A DNA stretch of 64,000 nt from an uncultured Candidatus Binatia bacterium (GTDB taxonomy: Bacteria; Desulfobacterota; Binatia; Bin18), in NCBI GenBank assembly GCA_965200965.1, contig OZ241744.1:192001-256000 (forward strand). Reading direction: 5' to 3'. The translations under genes were made by a program, and so were the position numbers. A model generated the notes under the pieces. The model worked only from the letters and a program-made list of their open reading frames with translations, was not told the origin of the DNA and made no database searches. The stretch's first letter is position 1. The number at the start of each line of letters is the position of its first letter. This document shows, piece by piece, positions 17,994-28,165 of this stretch.

Positions 17994-19196
17994 CCGCACG
18001 CTCACCCGGGGCGGGGAGAGAAAGATGTCGGCGGCGTTGCGAAGCGTGTCCGGGTCGGCGCTGTCGAGCAGCAGGCCGAACACCGACAGGCGGTGCGAGC
18101 CGCTCTCCAGACGCCCGATCTCAGAGAACTGAAAGCCGAAGTGGGGCAGCGCGCCGCCGTAATAGGCGCGTTGCTCAAGCTTGGCCAAGCCGTCCTCAAG
18201 CCGGGGGATGAGGACAAGCGTGCGGCCGCTCGGCAAACGTACGGCCGCCCAGCGATCGGGGCGCTTGTCCGGGACTGCCGGAGACCGGGAGCCGTTTGGC
18301 GGCGGATGCGCCCCGCGCCGGTCCAGAAAATCAAAATAGGCCGTAAACTCCCCCTCGGCCAGCACCAGCCGGGGCGGGATTTTCAGCTTGATCCGGGCGC
18401 TGCCCTCGACAAAATCGCGGTAGAACAGCAGATTGACCCGGCCAGAGGTGCGCAGGCCAAACGGCAGCGGCACCCAATAGCGGGCCTGGCGGATGACCCG
18501 GACCGGGCCCGGCCGGTAGCCGCGCAGGCCGCTGCGCAGTTCGGCCTCGGTGCGCCGGAAGCGCAGCAGGCCGCTCAGCAGGCGGACCTCAGCGTCGGCT
18601 TTTATCCCGGCTATGGTATTGGTTCCCAGGTCGCCCAGCCGCTCAACCGGGGCAAAATGGGTCGGCAGCGGCGCGTCAAAGGCCAGGGCGTAGCGCTCGG
18701 CATACACCCGGTCGGTGGCCGGGTCGTAGCGGGCGTAGGGTCGGGTGGTGGCCTGTGTGGTGGTTGGGGCAAAGATGCCCACATAGACGAAACCCAGCCG
18801 GCTGGGCTGTTCTCCAATCTGGACCTCGGCCCACCCCTCGGCCTGCTCGGGCAGGGCGGTCGGGTCGCCACGCTGGCCAAGGTCACGGTTCATCACCACA
18901 ATGGCGTCGTTGGCGTCAAAGACCTCGGCCGGGTTGTCGCGCGTAGCTTTGGGGCCGTGGCTCACAATCCAGCGTTGTCGCTGGTCGCGTTCATCAACCT
19001 GAAACGGAATCGGGCCTGGGGTGTGGTCGTGGAAGGCGTAGACCCGAAAGGCAGCCAGGGGCCGGTTGTGGAAAAAGGGGGCGAGGCGGCCCTCGATGAG
19101 GCTTGCGCCGGGTGGTGGAGAGGGGAAGCCGGGAGCGGCCGGCAGGAGCAGGCCGGCGGCGAGCAGCAGGCGGTGGAGAACGATGGATCGGATCAC
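17970..19196 (-). CDS. Hypothetical secreted protein
   Basis: 408 aa with an N-terminal signal-like HRLLLAAGLLLPAAPG; GTGA overlap with the cofE stop. Confidence 0.7.
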   Translation of the reverse strand: MIRSIVLHRLLLAAGLLLPAAPGFPSPPPGASLIEGRLAPFFHNRPLAAFRVYAFHDHTPGPIPFQVDERDQRQRWIVSHGPKATRDNPAEVFDANDAIVVMNRDLGQRGDPTALPEQAEGWAEVQIGEQPSRLGFVYVGIFAPTTTQATTRPYARYDPATDRVYAERYALAFDAPLPTHFAPVERLGDLGTNTIAGIKADAEVRLLSGLLRFRRTEAELRSGLRGYRPGPVRVIRQARYWVPLPFGLRTSGRVNLLFYRDFVEGSARIKLKIPPRLVLAEGEFTAYFDFLDRRGAHPPPNGSRSPAVPDKRPDRWAAVRLPSGRTLVLIPRLEDGLAKLEQRAYYGGALPHFGFQFSEIGRLESGSHRLSVFGLLLDSADPDTLRNAADIFLSPPRVSVRLLKAPPD

Positions 19197-19945
19197 CGGA
19201 ACAGGTCGGCTTCGGCGGGGCGGATCAAGACCTGCCCGCTGCCTTCGGCCGGGATGTACTGGTAGCCACGGATGATGACGGCTGGGACGGCGGCGTTCTT
19301 TTCCATCAGCAGGCCGGCCGCGCAGGCGAGTTCGTCGGCAACCGAGATGATGGTGTGGTGCAGCTCCCGGCCCTGGAGGTCGTGGCCGCCGCGCAGGTCA
19401 AGCAGACCCGCAAAGCCTGAGACGCCTAGGGCAAACTCGACGAGGCCGTCACGCCACGGACGCCCAAAGGTGTCGGTGATGACAATCCCGATGGAGAGGT
19501 GGCGGCGGGCCCGGATGGCTAGGCGTATGTCCCTGGCCGAGCGGTCGGGGTCTTCGGGCAGGACGATGACGATATCGTCGCCGAGGGTGTTGGAGGCGTC
19601 AACGCCAGCGTTGGCGCACACCCAGCCCTGTTTGGTCTCGGTGATGACGACGCCGTTTTTCATCATGACGATGCGTTTGCTCTGTTGCAGGACGACCTCG
19701 ACGATGCGCGGGTCTTTGTCCCACTGCTGGGCGATCTGGTGGGCAAAAGGTGAGGGGGTGACGGTCTTGAGATCGACCACCGCGCCCTCGGCCTTGGAGA
19801 CAATTTTTTGACACATGACCAGGATATCGCCGTCTTTGAGGCCGACCTTGGCGCGGTCAATGGCGTTGAGCAGGAGCGAGACGAGGTCGTCGCCGGGTTG
19901 AATCTGGGGGATGTCGGGGATGGGGATGAGGGCGATGGTGCTCAT
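19193..19945 (-). CDS. cofE: Coenzyme F420-0:L-glutamate ligase
   Basis: QKIVSKAEG, CANAGVDASN, DTFGRPWRDG and ADELACAA motifs. Confidence 0.95.
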   Translation of the reverse strand: MSTIALIPIPDIPQIQPGDDLVSLLLNAIDRAKVGLKDGDILVMCQKIVSKAEGAVVDLKTVTPSPFAHQIAQQWDKDPRIVEVVLQQSKRIVMMKNGVVITETKQGWVCANAGVDASNTLGDDIVIVLPEDPDRSARDIRLAIRARRHLSIGIVITDTFGRPWRDGLVEFALGVSGFAGLLDLRGGHDLQGRELHHTIISVADELACAAGLLMEKNAAVPAVIIRGYQYIPAEGSGQVLIRPAEADLFR

Positions 19946-19954
19946 AGCCACTCC

Positions 19955-20920
19955 TCAGAGCCGGTGTGCCGCTCGGCTCCCTGCCAGGGCAATGACTGTC
20001 CGGGCCAGGGCAATTGACGTGTCCATATCGGTCATGATCGTGTCGGTCACGCGAACCGTCAGCCCTTGGGCTTGCAGGCCGGCCTGGTGGGCCGCGTCTT
20101 GGGCGTCAATCACAAAAGCGTCCAGAAAGTCGGCGTACAGGCCGGCCACGCCAGCCGCGGAGGCTTCGATGCCAAGGCCGCTCAGCATACGGTCGGCTGG
20201 TCCCTTGATCGGCTTGCCGGCCACGAGCGGGTTGATGCCAACAACCGCCGCAGGGGTCTGGCGCAGGGCGTCTCGGACGCCTGGCAGGCCAAGAATCGGC
20301 CCGATGCTGACAAGCGGGTTGCTGGGCGGAAGAATGACCAGGTCCGCGGACCGGATAGCCTCACACACGCCCGGGGCCGGGCGGGCGTTGGCCAGCCCGC
20401 GCAGTTCAACTCGCCTGACCCGGCCCTCGCCGCCGCGTTTGACAAAATACTCCTGAAACGGCAGGGGGCCGGCTTCGGTGTGGACGACTGTGCGGACCGG
20501 GTCGTTGCTCATAGGCAGGACGGTAGCGCGCACCCTCCAGGCTCGGGCGATAGCCGCAGTGACCTGGCTCAGGGTCCGGCCCTGTCGCAGCTGCTGGGTG
20601 CGGAACAGGTGGGTCGCCAAGTCGGCATCGCCCAGACCGAACCAGGTCTCGGGATAATAGCGTTGCAGGGCGGCAAGACAGCGGAAGCTCTCGTCCGGCA
20701 GACCCCAGCCTTTGGCGTGATCAACGGCGTTGGCCAGCGTGTAGGTGATGGTGTCAAGGTCGGGGGAGACATACAGGCCGAAGAAGTCGTCGTCGTCGCC
20801 GGTGTTCACCACCACACGCAGCCTGGCCGGATTGATGGCGCACACCAAGCCGCGCAGAAAGCGAGCGGCCCCTACCCCTCCGGCAAGGGCGGTAATGGCG
20901 AGATCGTCACCGGCCGGCAT
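19955..20920 (-). CDS. cofD: 2-phospho-L-lactate transferase
   Basis: LAGGVGAARFL, VNTGDD, PDLDT.TY, FQEYFV and PSNPLVSIGPIL motifs. Confidence 0.95.
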   Translation of the reverse strand: MPAGDDLAITALAGGVGAARFLRGLVCAINPARLRVVVNTGDDDDFFGLYVSPDLDTITYTLANAVDHAKGWGLPDESFRCLAALQRYYPETWFGLGDADLATHLFRTQQLRQGRTLSQVTAAIARAWRVRATVLPMSNDPVRTVVHTEAGPLPFQEYFVKRGGEGRVRRVELRGLANARPAPGVCEAIRSADLVILPPSNPLVSIGPILGLPGVRDALRQTPAAVVGINPLVAGKPIKGPADRMLSGLGIEASAAGVAGLYADFLDAFVIDAQDAAHQAGLQAQGLTVRVTDTIMTDMDTSIALARTVIALAGSRAAHRL

Positions 20921-20923
20921 GTG

Positions 20924-22210
20924 TCAGTGAGCAGCCGCCCGCTTCTCGCGTTCAAAGGGGTGGACATAGCGGAACTGCTCTGAGGCGGTCAGTTTGCGGT
21001 AGGAACCGAACTGCTCGTCTGGATTCTCGACCGTGTCAAGCGGGCTCAGCGCCTCGTCTTGCCCGCTGAAGACCGTCCGCAGTGTGTATGTGGTCCCGCG
21101 TTCGGCTGGGGTCCGGCCAATATCACGGATCAGACGGCGGAGTTCTTTGGGCGGGACGAGCTGTCCGTACTGGGCCCCGGCGGAGGTGGAAATACTCTCG
21201 TTGATGAGAGTCCCGCCCAGGTCGTTGGCCCCTACGTTCAGCAGATACTGGGCCAGCTTTGGACCCTCTTTGACCCACGACGACTGGATATTCCGAAAGG
21301 TCGGGCCGAGCATCAGCCGGGCGACGGCGTGCATCTTGATGACTTCCGTGCCAGTTGCCCCTTGGCGCACGTTTTTGACCAGTTTGCGCTGGTACATGGG
21401 CGCTTCCTGGTGAATCAGGGACAGGGGGACGAACTCGGTAAAGCCGTGGGTTTCCTTCTGGATGTCGCGCAGCAGATTCATATGCCTGACCCAGTGGAGC
21501 GGGGTCTCGATATGGCCGTACATGATCGTCGAGGTGGTCGGAATGCCGAGGCTGTGGGCGGAGGTGATGACCTCAATCCACTGTTGGGTGGTGATGCGGC
21601 CCGGGGCAATACGATCGCGGATGTCCTGGTCAAGAATTTCGGCTGAGGTGCCGGGCAGGGTATCGAGGCCGGCGTCCTTGAGGGCGGCCAGATAGTCGGG
21701 AATAGAGACTGCCGCCCGGGTGGCACCGTACAAGACCTCTTCGGGCGAGAAGGCGTGAATATGCAGGTCTGGGAGGGCCTTTTTGACCGCGCGGGTCAGA
21801 TCGATATACAACTTGCCGTTCATCTTGGGCGGCAGACCGGCCTGCATACAGACCTCGGTGGCCCCCATGTCAACGGCCTCTTGGGCCCGCCGGATAATCT
21901 CCTGTTCGGGCAGAAAATAGCCCTCTTCCTCCCGATACTCCCGGCTGAAGGCGCAGAAGGTGCAGTGTTTGATGCAGACATTGGTGAAGTTGATGTTCCG
22001 GTTGACGACATAGCTCACGACCTCGCCGACCTGACGCCGGCGCATCTCGTCGGCAACGAGGCTCACGGCCTGGAGGTCAAGCCCGTTCGCCTGGCACAAG
22101 CGCAGTCCCTCCTGCCAGGATACTTCCTGTTCGTCCAAGGCCCGGTGCAGAATGGTGCTGACCTGGGGGTCAATATGTTCAAGCATACTCGCAAGACCGT
22201 TGGGTGCCAT
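20924..22210 (-). CDS. cofH: FO synthase subunit 2 (radical SAM)
   Basis: YVVNRNINFTNVCIKHCTFCAF, PGTSAEILD and NDLGGTLINESIS motifs. Confidence 0.95.
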   Translation of the reverse strand: MAPNGLASMLEHIDPQVSTILHRALDEQEVSWQEGLRLCQANGLDLQAVSLVADEMRRRQVGEVVSYVVNRNINFTNVCIKHCTFCAFSREYREEEGYFLPEQEIIRRAQEAVDMGATEVCMQAGLPPKMNGKLYIDLTRAVKKALPDLHIHAFSPEEVLYGATRAAVSIPDYLAALKDAGLDTLPGTSAEILDQDIRDRIAPGRITTQQWIEVITSAHSLGIPTTSTIMYGHIETPLHWVRHMNLLRDIQKETHGFTEFVPLSLIHQEAPMYQRKLVKNVRQGATGTEVIKMHAVARLMLGPTFRNIQSSWVKEGPKLAQYLLNVGANDLGGTLINESISTSAGAQYGQLVPPKELRRLIRDIGRTPAERGTTYTLRTVFSGQDEALSPLDTVENPDEQFGSYRKLTASEQFRYVHPFEREKRAAAH

Positions 22211-22296
22211 AGCAGGTCTCCTTAGTGGGGAGCGAAATTGGGGAGCGAAGAGTGTCAATACTTCAGACCGAAACAAGGACGGAGAGCACAGCCTGC

Positions 22297-23478
22297 TCAG
22301 GCGTTGATCTGGGCCTGCAACTCCTCGGTCCGCGGCCGCAGGGCCGGCGGCAGAAAGCCAGGCCGGTTGATATACTCCTGGTAGATGGCCAGCCGTTCAC
22401 ACAGCCTGAATCCCTCCTCCCGACAGGTCTGGGCCAGGGTGTCCAGATGCGGCCAAGCTGCTTCCGGGTTGACATAGTCTTTGGTGACTGGCGAGATGCC
22501 TCCCCAGTCGTTAATGCCGGCCCGCAGCAGGAGGCGATGATCGGCCGGGTTCAGGTTGGGCGGGGCTTGGATGTTCATCTGGCCGCCGAGCAGCAGCCGG
22601 GCGACGGCCACCGTTCTGGCCACTTCCAGGCTCTCTGGCTCGGGGGCGTCGGCCATGCGGGTATCGGGTTTGGCCCGGAAGTTCTGGATGATGACCTCTT
22701 GGATATGTCCGTATTGCTGATGGATGTCACGGATGGCCAGCAGGCTCTTGACCACTTCTTCGCGCGTCTCTCCGATGCCGATCAGAATTCCGGTCGTAAA
22801 GGGAATCTCCAACTCGCCGGCTTCACGGATCATCTTGACCCGTACCGCCGGCTCTTTGTCCGGGGCCGAAAAATGGGCCAAGCCGCGTTGGCGGAGCCGA
22901 GGGCTGATATTTTCCAGCATCAGGCCCAAGCTCACATTCACATCTTTGAGCCGTTGCATCTCGTCGTAGCTCAGGATGCCGGCGTTGGTGTGGGGCAGGA
23001 TGCCGTAGGACAGGGCGATCCGGCACGCTTCGTAGACGTATGCGGTTGTCGTCTGGTGGCCGAGATCGGCCAGCGTTGTGCGGTAGACCCGAGAGACCAG
23101 TTCCGGCTTGTCGCCGAGGCACATCAGGGCTTCTTTACAGCCCTGAACCTGACCGCGGGCGAGCCACTGGCGGAGGTCGTCGCGGGTCATGGTCCAGGCC
23201 GCGGGATCGCGCGGGTCCTTGCGAAATGTGCAGTACGAGCACCGATCGCGGCACAGGTTGGTGACCGGCAGAAAGAGCTTGCGTGAGTAGGTGACTGTCC
23301 GCCCTTTGTGACGGTCACGCAACTCGCCTGCGGCCGCCAGTAAGGCCGGGAACTCCTCGTCGGTGCAGTGGATGAGGCGATAGCCCTGGGCGGCGGACAG
23401 CGGCACGCTCTCTTCTGTACGGGCGAGGAACTGGTCAAAGCTCAGAGAAACATGTTTGGAAACAGGCTCGGGCGGCAT
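22297..23478 (-). CDS. cofG: FO synthase subunit 1 (radical SAM)
   Basis: TYSRK.FLPVTNLCRDRCSYCTF, IQAPPNL and GINDWGGISP motifs. Confidence 0.95.
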   Translation of the reverse strand: MPPEPVSKHVSLSFDQFLARTEESVPLSAAQGYRLIHCTDEEFPALLAAAGELRDRHKGRTVTYSRKLFLPVTNLCRDRCSYCTFRKDPRDPAAWTMTRDDLRQWLARGQVQGCKEALMCLGDKPELVSRVYRTTLADLGHQTTTAYVYEACRIALSYGILPHTNAGILSYDEMQRLKDVNVSLGLMLENISPRLRQRGLAHFSAPDKEPAVRVKMIREAGELEIPFTTGILIGIGETREEVVKSLLAIRDIHQQYGHIQEVIIQNFRAKPDTRMADAPEPESLEVARTVAVARLLLGGQMNIQAPPNLNPADHRLLLRAGINDWGGISPVTKDYVNPEAAWPHLDTLAQTCREEGFRLCERLAIYQEYINRPGFLPPALRPRTEELQAQINA

Positions 23479-23595
23479 ACGGCTCCCATCAATCAAAGCG
23501 AGAGGGTAGTCAAGGCGGGCCGGAATGTCAACCGTTGTGTGGCGATTTTCTCACTTCTCTGTGATATCACCTGTCTGCCGGCTTTTTGGGGCGCT

Positions 23596-23961
23596 TCAGC
23601 CCGTGTGCCGGGGCGTCGTCGCTGCCCCAGACAGCCGGCGACGGAGACGAACAAGGCCCACCGCGGTACACACCACGCCGAGGCCGAGCATCAGCCGGCC
23701 GCTCTCCAGCACGACACGGTAGAAGTCCAGCTTGGCCCGGGCGATCTCCCAGCGCTCACGCGCTTCGCTGGGGATATAGCGCTGAGCGCCACGAAAGACC
23801 TGGGCGGTCGCCGCTCTGACCTGTGGAGTCATGGCATCCAGAACTGCCTGGTACTCGTTCACCTTTGTCAGGGCGGTGACTGCGTTGCCTAAACCCAGCA
23901 CCAGGAAGACCAGCCCGGCAATGAACAGGTAGTTTCGGGCCAGCAATTGTGTTATGCTCAT
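23596..23961 (-). CDS. Hypothetical two-TM membrane protein
   Basis: Two hydrophobic segments flanking a soluble loop; fills the gap between cofG and the hydratase. Confidence 0.6.
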   Translation of the reverse strand: MSITQLLARNYLFIAGLVFLVLGLGNAVTALTKVNEYQAVLDAMTPQVRAATAQVFRGAQRYIPSEARERWEIARAKLDFYRVVLESGRLMLGLGVVCTAVGLVRLRRRLSGAATTPRHTG

Positions 23962-24051
23962 GAAAAGCCCTCGCCCGGCCCTTAGCAGTCTCAAAGGGGG
24001 AGCGTCAAGGCGTCCAGTCCTTTTCCGCTGTGTGAGATAAGGAAGGCGAAC

Positions 24052-24824
24052 ATGTCGAAGGTGGTGCTGAGCCAGAGAAAGAACCGGGTCCGATGGATCA
24101 CGATCAATCGACCCGAGCGGCGCAACGCCCTGGATAGCGAGACGGTTTTTGGGCTGAAGGAGGCCCTTGACGAGGCGGGTCGAGATCCCGACAGCCGAGT
24201 GATTGTGCTCACCGGGGCGGGCGGGGCATTTTCTTCGGGTGCCGACCTGCGGGCCGAGCGGTCTGAGGGTGGACCGCCAGGGGATGTCATGGAAGACGGT
24301 TTTAACGCTGTGATCCGCGCGATTTGGAACCTGCCCAAGCCGGCGATTGCGGCCGTTGACGGCGTGGCGGCCGGGTTCGGCTGTTCCTTAGCCTTAGCCT
24401 GCGATGTGCGCCTGGCCTCCTTGACGGCCCGCTTTTCGCTGATCTTCGTGCAACGCGCGCTCACCATTGATGGGGGAGCCAGCTATCTCTTACCCCGGCT
24501 GGCAGGCCTCAAAGGCGTGGAGATGGCGCTGACCGGAGAGGTCGTGGATGCCGAGCAGGCCGAACGGATGGGCTTGGTGAATCGGGCTGTGCCCCACGAC
24601 ACCTTCCAGGCCTACAGCGCCGAGTACGCGGAAAAATGGCCAAACAAGCCCCGCTGGCCCTGGCCACGATCAAGGCTTCACTCCACCACGCTTTGGAGCA
24701 CAGCTTAGACGAGGTGTTGACCTCCGAGATGGCCGCGCAGCGGAAGATGGTCCGCACGGCCGACTTTCGGGAGGGACGGACCGCCTTTTTAGAGAAACGA
24801 GAGCCCCGTTACTCCGGCCGCTAG
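24052..24824 (+). pseudogene. Enoyl-CoA hydratase/isomerase with a -1 frameshift at A5 (24632-24636); pseudogene or sequencing error
   Basis: ITINRPERRNAL, FSSGADL and AAGFG motifs. The C-terminus (KQAPLALATIK...DFREGRTAFLEKREP) is in another frame, and one extra A joins them. Confidence 0.8.
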
Positions 24825-24850
24825 CGGCCGGTCGAGTCTGAGAAGAAGCC

Positions 24851-25582
24851 ATGGCGCGTTTTTTTATCGTCGGAGATATTCACGCCTGTCCGGCCGAGCT
24901 TGAGGCGCTGCTGAGCACCTTAGCCCTTGAGGCCGAGGATCGGATCGTCTTTTTGGGCGACTATATTGATCGTGGACCTGGAGCCCGTGAGGTGATCGAC
25001 CTGCTGTTAGGTCTGCGGGCCAGCCGGGTCTGCCGGCTGACATTCCTCAGGGGCAACCATGAGGATATGTTCCTCGACTTTCTCGGGTACGGGGGACTTC
25101 ATGGTGACGCATTTCTGATGAACGGCGGGATCCAGACCCTGCACAGCTATGGCTGCTGGCCCGATGCGAGTTCAGCGGCCACGCGTATCCCCAAGACACA
25201 TATTGAGTTTCTGCGCGGCTTAGCTCTCTCCTTTCCCAACCAAGGTCTCGGCCACGCTTCGGGTCACAATGTTGTGTGCGTCCACGCCGGTATTGATCCC
25301 TCGCGCTCACTCGCAGACCAACAGGCTGAACACCTGTTGTGGATTCGTCAGGAGTTTATCAATAGCCGTCACCCCCTCCCGTACACGGTGGTGTACGGCC
25401 ACACGCCCCAGCCTGAGGTCTGCTTTCATCTGCCCTACAAGGTCGGGATTGATACGGGCCTTGTCTACGGAGGACGCTTATCCTGTCTTGAGTGGAACGG
25501 CAAGACCCTGTACCAGGTGGCAAAGGGCAGTCGGCAGGTGAGGGAATGTGATGTCAGCAAACAGTGGTCGGCGGCCGGATAG
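24851..25582 (+). CDS. Calcineurin-like metallophosphoesterase (PphA-like Ser/Thr phosphatase)
   Basis: GDIH, LGDYIDRG, LRGNHE, VHAG, GHT and GIDTG motifs. Confidence 0.92.
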   Translation: MARFFIVGDIHACPAELEALLSTLALEAEDRIVFLGDYIDRGPGAREVIDLLLGLRASRVCRLTFLRGNHEDMFLDFLGYGGLHGDAFLMNGGIQTLHSYGCWPDASSAATRIPKTHIEFLRGLALSFPNQGLGHASGHNVVCVHAGIDPSRSLADQQAEHLLWIRQEFINSRHPLPYTVVYGHTPQPEVCFHLPYKVGIDTGLVYGGRLSCLEWNGKTLYQVAKGSRQVRECDVSKQWSAAG

Positions 25583-25613
25583 TGATGGCCGCTGAGCCTG
25601 TGGCCGAGCGGGC

Positions 25614-25643
25614 TTGCCGAGTTGGGTCATTGTCGGCTAATAT
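25614..25643 (+). promoter_or_regulatory. Possible sigma70 promoter for the tRNA
   Basis: TTGCCG-N18-TAATAT about 27 nt upstream of the tRNA. Confidence 0.4.
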
Positions 25644-25670
25644 CCCTGTCTGTCCTGCTAAGGACGCTGT

Positions 25671-25744
25671 GGCGACGTAGCTCAGTAGGCTAGAGCGAGG
25701 GTCTCATAATCCCTAGGTCGGCAGTTCGATTCTGCCCGTCGCTA
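25671..25744 (+). tRNA. tRNA-Met (CAT), probably elongator; CCA not encoded
   Basis: Acceptor stem GGCGACG/CGTCGCT plus A73, D arm GCTC/GAGC, anticodon loop CTCATAA, T arm GGCAG-TTCGATT-CTGCC. G2-C71/C3-G70 fit Met, and there is no C1 mismatch as in fMet. Confidence 0.9.
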
Positions 25745-25796
25745 CGCTTCACTCCCGTGTAGACACCGCCTCAGAACCATCCCAAGGAGAACAGCT

Positions 25797-25898
25797 ATGG
25801 ATCCCCTCGCTATTTTTATGCAGACTGTTGCCGCGGTAGCCGTGCTTTTTGCCGCGGTAGCCGGGGTGGCTGTGCTGGTAAGCGGCAGGAAAGACTAA
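25797..25898 (+). CDS. 33-aa single-TM small protein
   Basis: AAGGAG RBS; MDPLAIFMQTVAAVAVLFAAVAGVAVLVSGRKD*. Too short for the ORF track. Confidence 0.55.
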   Translation: MDPLAIFMQTVAAVAVLFAAVAGVAVLVSGRKD

Positions 25899-26572
25899 CC
25901 CCCCAAGCCTCGGCCAAACGGCCAGGTCTCGCTTTTGGGTGGCGGAAGCTGAAGCGCGACCGGTCTGCCATTGGCCAGGATGGTTGTTCGGGTCAGCAGT
26001 TCTTGAGCCGAGAGTTCCTCATTCAGAAAGGCGTGCAAGGATTGTTCCGAGAAATAGAACCGTGCTTCGCTCGCTTCACCAACCTGACTCGGATCGTCAA
26101 GGGCCCGGTTCAGCTCCTCAAGGCTGCCGTAGGGTCTGGAGTAGTAGTGGAGGGCTAGCAGGATTCCGTCGGCCGGAAATTCCAAGGTCCGAAGAGCCAG
26201 AAATGACTGCGCTACAATTTTGGTCCACAGGTCAAGAAGCCGGTCGGTTTGACTCAGCATGAGAGAGTTATAGATCAGGCCGGTTTGCACCCGAAAAGTC
26301 AGGAAGGTCTGTTCTTGCCGGGTCTCAATACCGGTCACTTCCACAGATGCGGTGAGCAGGCCGCCGCTGCGTCTGGCGGTGTCGAGCAAACGGCCTAGGA
26401 GGGCGATCGTATCGGGTCCATATTTTTGGTGCACTTCCTGTAACAGTTCCGCTAAGCCTAGCGGGAGTGATTTGTTCCAGGGGGTTGGGTCGGCAGAAAA
26501 AGCCACGCCCGGGACACACAGGCTCCAAACCAGAAGGCCGGCGGACACACAGGGAAAGACGTATCTTTGCAC
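25895..26572 (-). CDS. Hypothetical secreted protein
   Basis: 225 aa with a signal-peptide-like N-terminus (GLLVWSLCVPGVAFS); divergent from tilS. Confidence 0.65.
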   Translation of the reverse strand: MQRYVFPCVSAGLLVWSLCVPGVAFSADPTPWNKSLPLGLAELLQEVHQKYGPDTIALLGRLLDTARRSGGLLTASVEVTGIETRQEQTFLTFRVQTGLIYNSLMLSQTDRLLDLWTKIVAQSFLALRTLEFPADGILLALHYYSRPYGSLEELNRALDDPSQVGEASEARFYFSEQSLHAFLNEELSAQELLTRTTILANGRPVALQLPPPKSETWPFGRGLGG

Positions 26573-26628
26573 AGCCCGGTATCATGCCAAGCTTCTTGCG
26601 GCTTCACAAGGGGCTGCACGGTCGGTGT

Positions 26629-28134
26629 ATGGAAGGTCAAACCCCCCGTCTGAGGGTGAGAGCGCGCGGGCGTTTTTTGCCGCTTGAACGGAAGGTCAAA
26701 ACCGCCCTGGCGCGGTTTTTTTGGTCCCCAGGACATGGTGGTCCGGGCAACCGGGCCATCCGTCTCGGGGTCGGGGTTTCGGGCGGACCGGACTCTGTGG
26801 CCCTGTTGAGCGCTCTGCTGGCCCAGCCAGACCGCCTGCACCTCAGCGTCCTCCACGTTAACCACGGGCTGCGGCCGGAAGCCGACCACGAGCAACGGCA
26901 GGTCGAACGGTTGTGTCGGCTGTGGTATCTGCCCTGCCTTGTGAAAAAACTGGACTCATCCCCTCCCCCGCACGGCCTTGAAGCCTGGGCGCGCAAGGAG
27001 CGCTACCAGTTTTTTGAAGCGGTGATGGAGCGAGAGGGGCTGGACTATCTGGCTCTGGCCCACACCCGGGACGATCAGGCCGAAACCGTGCTGTTTCGGC
27101 TCCTGCGGGGCGGTGCCCGGCGCGGCCTGAGCGGTATTCCGCCAAGCCGCGCGGTCGGAACGCGGGGGGACAAGCATCTCATTCGCCCGCTGCTGGACTG
27201 TAGCCGGCAGGAAGTCTTGGAGTATCTGGCCGACCACCGGCTGTCCTCTGTGACCGATCCCAGTAACGCCGACCTCAGCTATGCCCGCAACCGCATTCGG
27301 CACCGCCTGCTGCCTCTGCTGGCGACCGAGTTCTCGCCTCGCATCTCTCACCATCTGGTCCATTTGGCCGACACCCTACGCGAGGAAGAGGCCTGGCTCG
27401 AAACCGCTACGACCGCGGCTCGGCTGCGCGTCCAGCATGAGCGGGAGGGCGGTCCAGCCCTGGGCGTCCGGGCCTGGGTGGCTGAGCCGCTCGCCCTGCG
27501 AGTGCGGATCTTACGCCAGTGGATCGAATGCGCCGACCCCGGCCGCGAGCTTGGCTTTCTGCACCTTGAACAGGTCCGAGCCTTGGCAGAGGGGCGGGTT
27601 CGGGGTACGGTTGAACTGCCTGGCAGCCTTCAGGTCCGGGTTGAGCGTGGCTATCTTATTGCCGAACCAAAACGGTTCGTTGCCGAACCCTACGCCCACC
27701 CCCTCGTGTGTGGACAAGGGCTGAGGCTGCCCGCTGTTCCCCACGTCCCCGGCAGCGGCTGGCAATGTTGGCTGAGCGAGCCGAGCGCTTGGCACGCTTC
27801 GCCGACCCGGGTGCGGACGGCCGATCGGTGGCGGACCTTCTTTGACGCCGGGCTGCTGTCGTCGGGACTCAGGGTTCGGAGTGTGCGCCCCGGAGATCGC
27901 ATTTTTCCTCTGGGCATGGCTGGCCGAAAGAAGATTCACGATATATTCAGTGACGCCAAGCTGCCGCGCCGGCTGCGTCAGATTTTTCCCCTGGTCGTTT
28001 TGGGGGATGATGCTTCTGATGTGGCGTGGGTACCCGGCCATGTCCGGGGGAAAACCGCGCTGGTGACGCCGGCCACGCGCTCGGTGTGTCAGTGTGTGGT
28101 CAGCCCATTGCCGGAGAAAGCGGAACTGTGTTAG
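26629..28134 (+). CDS. tilS: tRNA(Ile)-lysidine synthetase
   Basis: PP-loop [23 protein letters not shown] and RNRIRH motifs; TilS_C region; start uncertain. Confidence 0.93.
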   Translation: MEGQTPRLRVRARGRFLPLERKVKTALARFFWSPGHGGPGNRAIRLGVGVSGGPDSVALLSALLAQPDRLHLSVLHVNHGLRPEADHEQRQVERLCRLWYLPCLVKKLDSSPPPHGLEAWARKERYQFFEAVMEREGLDYLALAHTRDDQAETVLFRLLRGGARRGLSGIPPSRAVGTRGDKHLIRPLLDCSRQEVLEYLADHRLSSVTDPSNADLSYARNRIRHRLLPLLATEFSPRISHHLVHLADTLREEEAWLETATTAARLRVQHEREGGPALGVRAWVAEPLALRVRILRQWIECADPGRELGFLHLEQVRALAEGRVRGTVELPGSLQVRVERGYLIAEPKRFVAEPYAHPLVCGQGLRLPAVPHVPGSGWQCWLSEPSAWHASPTRVRTADRWRTFFDAGLLSSGLRVRSVRPGDRIFPLGMAGRKKIHDIFSDAKLPRRLRQIFPLVVLGDDASDVAWVPGHVRGKTALVTPATRSVCQCVVSPLPEKAELC

Positions 28135-28165
28135 GTTGTCGGCGCGTAACGGAAAGGGGCAAGGA

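Noticed and set aside
25671-25744. tRNA-Ile2 (lysidine) because tilS is nearby
   Set aside because: The acceptor stem (G2-C71, C3-G70, G4-C69) fits elongator Met better than Ile2; proximity alone is not evidence.
25745-26572. tRNA-anchored genomic island
   Set aside because: No integrase, and I found no duplicated tRNA 3' end in the window.
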